Origin: Selaginella moellendorffii
Lineage: Eukaryota > Plantae > Lycopodiophyta
Reading direction: 5' to 3'
DNA length: 64,000 bases
Assembly: GCF_000143415.4 (NCBI RefSeq)
Contig: NW_003314267.1
Location: 1,562,100-1,626,099 of the forward strand
How positions within the stretch are numbered: the first letter of the stretch is position 1; each line of letters starts with the position of its first letter. Below, piece by piece: positions 58,133 to 64,000 of the stretch. The translations under genes and the position numbers were made by a program. A model generated the notes under the pieces. The model was not told the DNA's origin. It saw only the letters and a program-made list of their open reading frames with translations, and made no database searches.

Positions 58133-60829
58133 CTAAACCAGAGTATGGTGATGGTGGTGAGAATGGTGGTGCTGGTGCTGCGAGTGATGGTGATGAGCGA
58201 TGTTAGCGTCGGAGCGATCGCAGCAGCTTGCCCCTGGATTGTTGGCGGTGGGAGCGGCAATGATACCGCTCCCTCCGCCGCCACTTCCACCGCTCGGATG
58301 GTGCTGGTGATGCTGCTGCTGCTGCTGCTGCTCCAGAGCTCCTCCTCCTCCCGCCATGGCCGACTGCTCGCCTTCTTCCTCCTCCTCCTCCTCCGCCTCC
58401 TCCTGGCTGCTGCTCTCAAACTCCTCCGCCCGCTGCACCAGCGACAGCTCCATCTTGTCCATCTCGCCCTCCACCTTCCGCCGGAGGATCTGCAAGTGCT
58501 CCCCGGTCACCATATGCACCACCGACATCTCGTCGATGAGGCTCCGGTTCTGCGCCTCCTGCAGCCCCTCGCCCACCCGCGCCGCCACGTCCGGGTGCCG
58601 CCGGTTGAACCACACCCACCACTTCTTCACGGGGATCCCGTCCTTGAACGGCGAGCCTTTGTTCACCGACAGCGGCGCCACCCTCCGCCGCAGCGAGTTG
58701 AGCGTCATGAGCGACTGCGATACCTGCTGGATGCTGAAGAACCACTCCACGATGGCCGACTCCTGCTCGCCCCTCGTCATTCCTCCGTGCGGGCCTCTCT
58801 TCCTCGAGTGCGTCCTCCCGTTGAGCCAGTTCCTCAGCGTCGTCCTGGGGATCCCGTAGCACTGCCCGGCCTTCCGGATGGAGATCCCGTTCTTGATCGC
58901 CGCGAGAGCGTTGTGGAGCGCCTGCTCCGTCCACCCGTTGCTCTTCCTCGACTTCTCGTCCGACTCTTTCATCTCCCCGGACTCAAACTGGCCCTCGTCT
59001 TCCTCCTGCTTGCCTTCACCACCACCACCACCACCACCACTCGGGCTTCTCTTCTGTGCACCGTTGAGCGTGTACTTGAGTGTCGAGCGCGGGATCCCAA
59101 ACTGCTGCCCCGCGCTGCCGATAGTGCAGGAGCCACTCTTCACGGCTTCCACGGCATCTAGCAGCGCCTGCTCTGTCCATTTGCCACCTTTTCCCCGCTT
59201 CTTGCCTCCGGACATGGAGATCTCCGCGGACTCGAGCTGCTGCTCCACGCAGGCGTCGTCCCTTCCAGGCGTAAGCTCCTCGCTAGCGTCATTGTATGGG
59301 AAGTCTTCCCCAGTCATCCTAACACCTTCTTCTCCCAAACTAGAGTCTCCCTGCTCGAAAGCGAGAGATGTGTGCGGGCCGCGTTTCCGGGACCTTGTCC
59401 GACCTGTTATCCAATTCCTGAGCGTTGTCCGTGGTATGCCATAAGCCCGGCTTGCTTTGCAGATCGTCAAGGTGTTGTTTTTAATCGCTTCCATAGCCTC
59501 CATCAGCGCCTTCTCCGTCCAGCAGCCAACTTTCTTCTTCCCTTCTCTGGCCTTTTTCTTCAAACGCTCCTTCTTCTCGCCACCATCAGGAATCTGATCG
59601 TCACCACCGTCCTCCTCGTCGTCATCTTCGTCGTCTTCCTCATCATCCTCATCGTCATTCATCTCCGCCACAGCCATTGCATAGGCATCCTCCCTGCTAC
59701 CATGGAATGGCTGCCCGTATACAGTAACCTCGGTCCCTGACGACGATGACTTCTTCTCTTGCTCCTTCATCCAGTAGTCAAGCGTCGAGTTTGGAATGCC
59801 GTAAACCTGTGCTGCCTTGCTCACCGCCATGCCCCCGTTCCTCACAGCGTTGAGTGCCTCAAACAGCGTATGCTTCGTCCACACTCGCCTCCTCTTCCGC
59901 AGCAAACTATCCTCCTTACTGTCACTCCCATGTCCCTCCTCACCGGAGTTTAACGTCACCTCGTTCCCCATCATCAGCGTTCCGGGATGCTGATCGCCCT
60001 GCATCTCCTGGCGACAAAACGAGAGAGCCTCGTCTACTTTCGGCCCGCGCTTCCTAGACCTGTTCCTCCCGTTCAACCAGTTCCGCAAAGTCGACCGAGG
60101 AATCCCAAAGTCCTTGCTCGCTTTGTAGGCTGTCAAGGATCCACTTTTCACAGCCGCCACCGCGTCGCACAGAGCCTGCTCCGTCCATCGGACTTCCCTC
60201 GTCCGCTTCGAGTCGGGCTGGTCGCTATCGTTTCTCAGCTCGTCATCGTCGTTGGCATCGCAAAGAGAAGGATCCTCCCACCTCCCACCCTCCGCTTGCA
60301 TGACTACGTGGTGCGAGCCATCTAAGACGTGGTGAGCTCCTTCCATCACCGAGACGCTCTCGGCCCGGCCACTGTAGAGTGGCTGCTCCCACCGGACCTC
60401 TTTCACGATCTGGTGCTGCCCTCCACCGCTGCCATCGCCTCTAGCATCGCAGAACCCCTGCTCGGTCCATCGGAGCTCTAGCTTGTTCACGGCCTGGTGA
60501 TGATCATCGTGGGAGCCGGGAGCTACCACACCCATTCCTCCTGCTAGAGCCACCAGAGCCTGCTGGCTTCCTTGCAATTCGCCCTCTCGCACGCCATACT
60601 GCGCTGCCACTCCCTGGAGATCCTCCCGGAGCACAAAATGCTGGCCATCCCTCACGACGTACTGACCAGGAATGTGGTGGTGGTGATGCTGCTGTTGCTG
60701 CTGCTGATGGTGGTGATGGCTCTCCGGTGCCATGGCGAAGTGATGCACGCCCTGGAGGTGATGCTCGCTCCCATCCCTCACGGAATCCATCTGCTGCTGG
60801 CTCAGCGACAAGACATTCACAGCGTCCAT
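58133..60829 (-). CDS. Intronless DNA-binding protein: five pipsqueak-type HTH repeats and a CENP-B/Tc5-type HTH (pogo transposase-derived), His/Gln-rich ends
   Basis: Five WT(E/K)xxL..A..A(V/I)(K/R)...A...(F/Y)GIPx(S/T)TL repeats, then QESAIVEWF..LNSLRRRV..SPFKDGIPVKKWWVWFNRRHPDV; no DDE domain. Confidence 0.85.
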   Translation of the reverse strand: MDAVNVLSLSQQQMDSVRDGSEHHLQGVHHFAMAPESHHHHQQQQQQHHHHHIPGQYVVRDGQHFVLREDLQGVAAQYGVREGELQGSQQALVALAGGMGVVAPGSHDDHHQAVNKLELRWTEQGFCDARGDGSGGGQHQIVKEVRWEQPLYSGRAESVSVMEGAHHVLDGSHHVVMQAEGGRWEDPSLCDANDDDELRNDSDQPDSKRTREVRWTEQALCDAVAAVKSGSLTAYKASKDFGIPRSTLRNWLNGRNRSRKRGPKVDEALSFCRQEMQGDQHPGTLMMGNEVTLNSGEEGHGSDSKEDSLLRKRRRVWTKHTLFEALNAVRNGGMAVSKAAQVYGIPNSTLDYWMKEQEKKSSSSGTEVTVYGQPFHGSREDAYAMAVAEMNDDEDDEEDDEDDDEEDGGDDQIPDGGEKKERLKKKAREGKKKVGCWTEKALMEAMEAIKNNTLTICKASRAYGIPRTTLRNWITGRTRSRKRGPHTSLAFEQGDSSLGEEGVRMTGEDFPYNDASEELTPGRDDACVEQQLESAEISMSGGKKRGKGGKWTEQALLDAVEAVKSGSCTIGSAGQQFGIPRSTLKYTLNGAQKRSPSGGGGGGGEGKQEEDEGQFESGEMKESDEKSRKSNGWTEQALHNALAAIKNGISIRKAGQCYGIPRTTLRNWLNGRTHSRKRGPHGGMTRGEQESAIVEWFFSIQQVSQSLMTLNSLRRRVAPLSVNKGSPFKDGIPVKKWWVWFNRRHPDVAARVGEGLQEAQNRSLIDEMSVVHMVTGEHLQILRRKVEGEMDKMELSLVQRAEEFESSSQEEAEEEEEEEGEQSAMAGGGGALEQQQQQQHHQHHPSGGSGGGGSGIIAAPTANNPGASCCDRSDANIAHHHHSQHQHHHSHHHHHTLV

Positions 60830-61401
60830 CCCGCGCAGCGCTAGCGCTCTCACATCCTGCCCAAAACGCGCGTCAGAGCTAGAACCCTAAAATTTCTTGC
60901 AAGAACTGGAGAAAGTGGGGAAGAAATCTCTCCAAGAAAACGCCCCCGGAGAGCTGGGAATCCCGAGAGGGAGCGCGGCTTGCTCACCTCGACATCCGGA
61001 GGACGCGCCAAGAAAATGCCGCAGAGATTAGGGCAAGAGATCCAGGAGAAGCGGCGATCGTAGCGCCGGCGTCACGCATCTTAGAAGCATCCTTGCTCAA
61101 GAACCCTGGATGGAAACCGAAGAGAAAAAAAATTTGATCCGAAAGAACTCCCACTGAGAAAGAGAAAAACATTTCATTTATCTCGCCTAGTTTAAGCTAC
61201 AAAATGCTTCGCATCTGCGCCGTCCGATGCCAAGCGGTACCAACGGCCACGATCCAGAGCGACACGGACGGACGAGATTGAGGTGCAATCTTTCCGTTAC
61301 AGTCGTGGCGAGTTCCCAGCCGTTATTTCTTGCCAGTTCCAAAGTTCTGGGGAAAACGAAGAGTTCCAAACAAAACAAGTACCCATAGAACGATGAACGA
61401 T

Positions 61402-64000
61402 TCAAGGCACGTAAACAAAAGGCTCGGGAGGAGCTGGCTCCAAATCGACGCCTCCCATTGGGATTGGAGCGGCGGCGGGAGCTCCATTTGCTCCTCCTGC
61501 TGGAGCTGGCGACGCTGGCGAATCGGTGGAGACGAGCTCCACTGGCTCCGACGGCTCCAAGTCTCGCAGCATCACGAATCCCGCCGGAGTTCTCTTCACT
61601 GGAGCGTAGCGGCAGCCCTCCGGGAACCGGACATACTTCTCCTGGAGTGGGATCACTCGCGCTGGATTGCTCAAAACCTCGGAGGTGGCCTCGGGATTTA
61701 CAGCCTTCTTCTCAACAGCACTGTCCACCTGGAACGGGATTCCAAAGTTTCAGCACAAGAACAAGAACGGAAAGAGAGAGAAAAAGAGAGATGGAGTTAC
61801 CTCCATAGCCTCGCTGCCATCTTTCGCTGCTTCTTTCCCTGAGGACGATTCCTCCGGCGGTTCAGCAGTAGAAGCTGCTTCGGACGTGGCTGCCGTGGCA
61901 CCTGTGCTACTGCCGACGTCCATCTGCGAGCTCGTATCAGGCTGCTTCTCTGCCTTCGTCTTCGCGTCTGTGTCTTTCTTTGCTTTCGACTTGGAGCGGC
62001 CGGACGTGGATAGAACCGCCGTGGGGAGCTTGATGTTCACGTTGACGGATGGAGGCGCTGTAGGCGCAGGATATGCAAACAAAGCGGGCTTCGCATCGGA
62101 GATGATGTCAAACTTCGGCATCCTCAGCTCGTGGTTGAGTCCGATGAATGCTGTTGGTGCGAAAGAGAGGCTGACGAAGTAGGTCAGCGGGTACCAGTAC
62201 CAAAACTGGGTGAAAACGGCCATCCCCACGACTGCCATCACCCGGTCGTGACCAGTTCGCGACTGCAGAGATATGGTCACATTCCTGCCTCCGGCATCTA
62301 GTATACCATACGCCAGTATGGCTCCCATCTTGCTCATCGTGTCCTCGTGTTTGTCACTAACAATTTTGTCGAGTTGACGCCTGCGAGAGGAACATCACTT
62401 CTAAGCGTTATACTGCAAATAGCTGACAAACCTGAAAACAGAAACGTGAGGCTCTCGGGCTTCGGTAGCCTGCATCAGAACCATCGCCATAGCCATAAGT
62501 GCTCCCTGGCGAACAAAGTCCACAGCGTCTGACGTCAAAGGTTCCAGAAGCGAGATCGCCTCACTGGACGCAGTTCCAGCACAGGAGATTCCGACAGCCA
62601 TAGCCGCGCCATAACGAACGTGAGCGTTGTACGACTCCGACAAAAGGGAGACAATTTTTGGAGTCTAAGAAAAAAAGAAAATATTAGACGTCGTCATACG
62701 CAAGAGAAATTGTGAATCTTACCTGAGTAGGATCAGAACATAGCACGAATCCAAGAGCTAAAACTGCTGCTCTTCGGACATCGTCACTCACGTCCGAAAC
62801 GGCAAAATGCAGCAGACGGCGGATAGCACTGTTGTTAGACGTGCCTCTATAAGCCAGAGCCAGGGCGTACATGCCACCATAGCGAAGAATAGGATCCTGA
62901 TCCCTTGTCATCTGCTCGATCAAAGTATCTGCTTCTTCTTCACGACCATAGACAACCAGCGCTATTCCAAGAGCCAGCCCCCTTATAATCTTCTCGTGTT
63001 GTGTATCGTGAGCGTACGTGAGCATTTCTCCGGCTTTATCGCTGGCGCTTCCAACCATAAGCAGACCCATAGCAATCCCTGCCGCCTCGCCAGCGATGGC
63101 GCTGTCTGTATACAGTACATGTTTTATGTCTTCGTAGATTTCATCGTCGGCAGTGCCCAGTGCGGCTAGTCCTAATCCAAGACAAGCACCATGTTGGATC
63201 ACCTGCATCACAAGTACCAAAACATTATTTACAAACGTCTTACTCAGAATGACGCTTACCTCATTGTTTGTCTTTCTCAAGCTCTCTAGTAAGAACGACT
63301 TGATTCCTTCACCGTGGTTAGCATGTATTAGTCCTAAAGCGTAAAGAGCTCCACCTTCCGAGTATGGACTTCCCCCACCAGTCCCACCATCTTGAGGTAG
63401 ATATGGGGCCATTAAAGAGCGGCCCTGCTGCAAATGACCTCTGTGAATAACACCCAGCCCAGCCGTTGCACTAAACTTTGCCCAATTGGTGGCCCGACTC
63501 AGCCAATCCTAACGATATGCTCTTCAATCAGCCGCAGCATTAACAACAAAAAAAGAACGCTCACCAGATTATCGCGCAAAAACGTATCCACTGTTGTCCC
63601 CGCATGCATCAAAGCATTTGAGTATATTGTAGCGCTGTGACAAACACTGTTTCTCGTTTCAACTGAATGCTTGATAGTCTTCAGAATAAGGAGGTCCGAC
63701 CTGAAAACATAGCAGGCATAAGAATCGAGAAAGATAACAGTGGTCTTACTTGTTACGGCTGTATAAAAACTGTAATGTGAGATTGATAGGTGTTTCTCCA
63801 GAAAGAATGCCCTTCAATTTCCCCATCCTGTCGACATAGATATTATCCTGGGAATCCTCGACGTTAGTGGCTGCTTCTGCACTTGTTGAAACGTCCATCA
63901 TTCCGTTTTGTTCTGTAGTTTCCGTATTTTCACCCCCGCCTGAACTACTTCCAGCCCGAGCCTCAGGCAAACGGTCCCTCACGTTTAGTAGGAACAGCTG
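61402..64000 (-). CDS. RPN2: 26S proteasome regulatory subunit RPN2 (5' part lies beyond the window)
   Basis: [92 protein letters not shown]. Confidence 0.96.

Noticed and set aside
58046-59161. 371-aa + strand ORF
   Set aside because: Antisense shadow of the psq gene's low-complexity codons.

Overview
Gene-dense plant nuclear DNA with very short (~50-70 nt) GT-AG introns, GC-rich exons and a flagellar gene, most consistent with a lycophyte such as Selaginella (inference). Conserved genes in order: CAP-D2 condensin, an RRM protein, GAMYB with a miR159/319 site, DUF1997, DA1-like, TIM13, ARL5/ARFC1, CWC24/RNF113, a YVH1-type Zn-domain protein, ACLB, PRP38B/SRL1, DUF3119, a GH17 glucanase, a CID protein, CCDC113-like, an L-type LecRK, a divergent H2B and RPN2, plus tRNA-Ile(AAT). 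Three AT-rich, CpG-poor islands (1-3400, 26800-30000, 43140-46700) carry repeats and a decayed LINE. Most notable: (1) an intronless ~1143-aa protein with architecture [MLKL/HeLo-like helical bundle - active kinase] - [second helical bundle - pseudokinase] - [AIR9/A9-like Ig + PH-like tail], a candidate single-chain MLKL-type immune/cell-death receptor with an integrated domain; (2) an intronless protein with five pipsqueak-type HTH repeats plus a CENP-B/Tc5 HTH and no DDE domain, a probable domesticated pogo transposase; (3) an intact, very AT-rich secreted ORF with a bulb-lectin domain; (4) a local segmental duplication with reciprocal gene loss; (5) an H2B.S-like histone lacking the C-terminal ubiquitination lysine. 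All family assignments are from motif recognition; no database searches were run.
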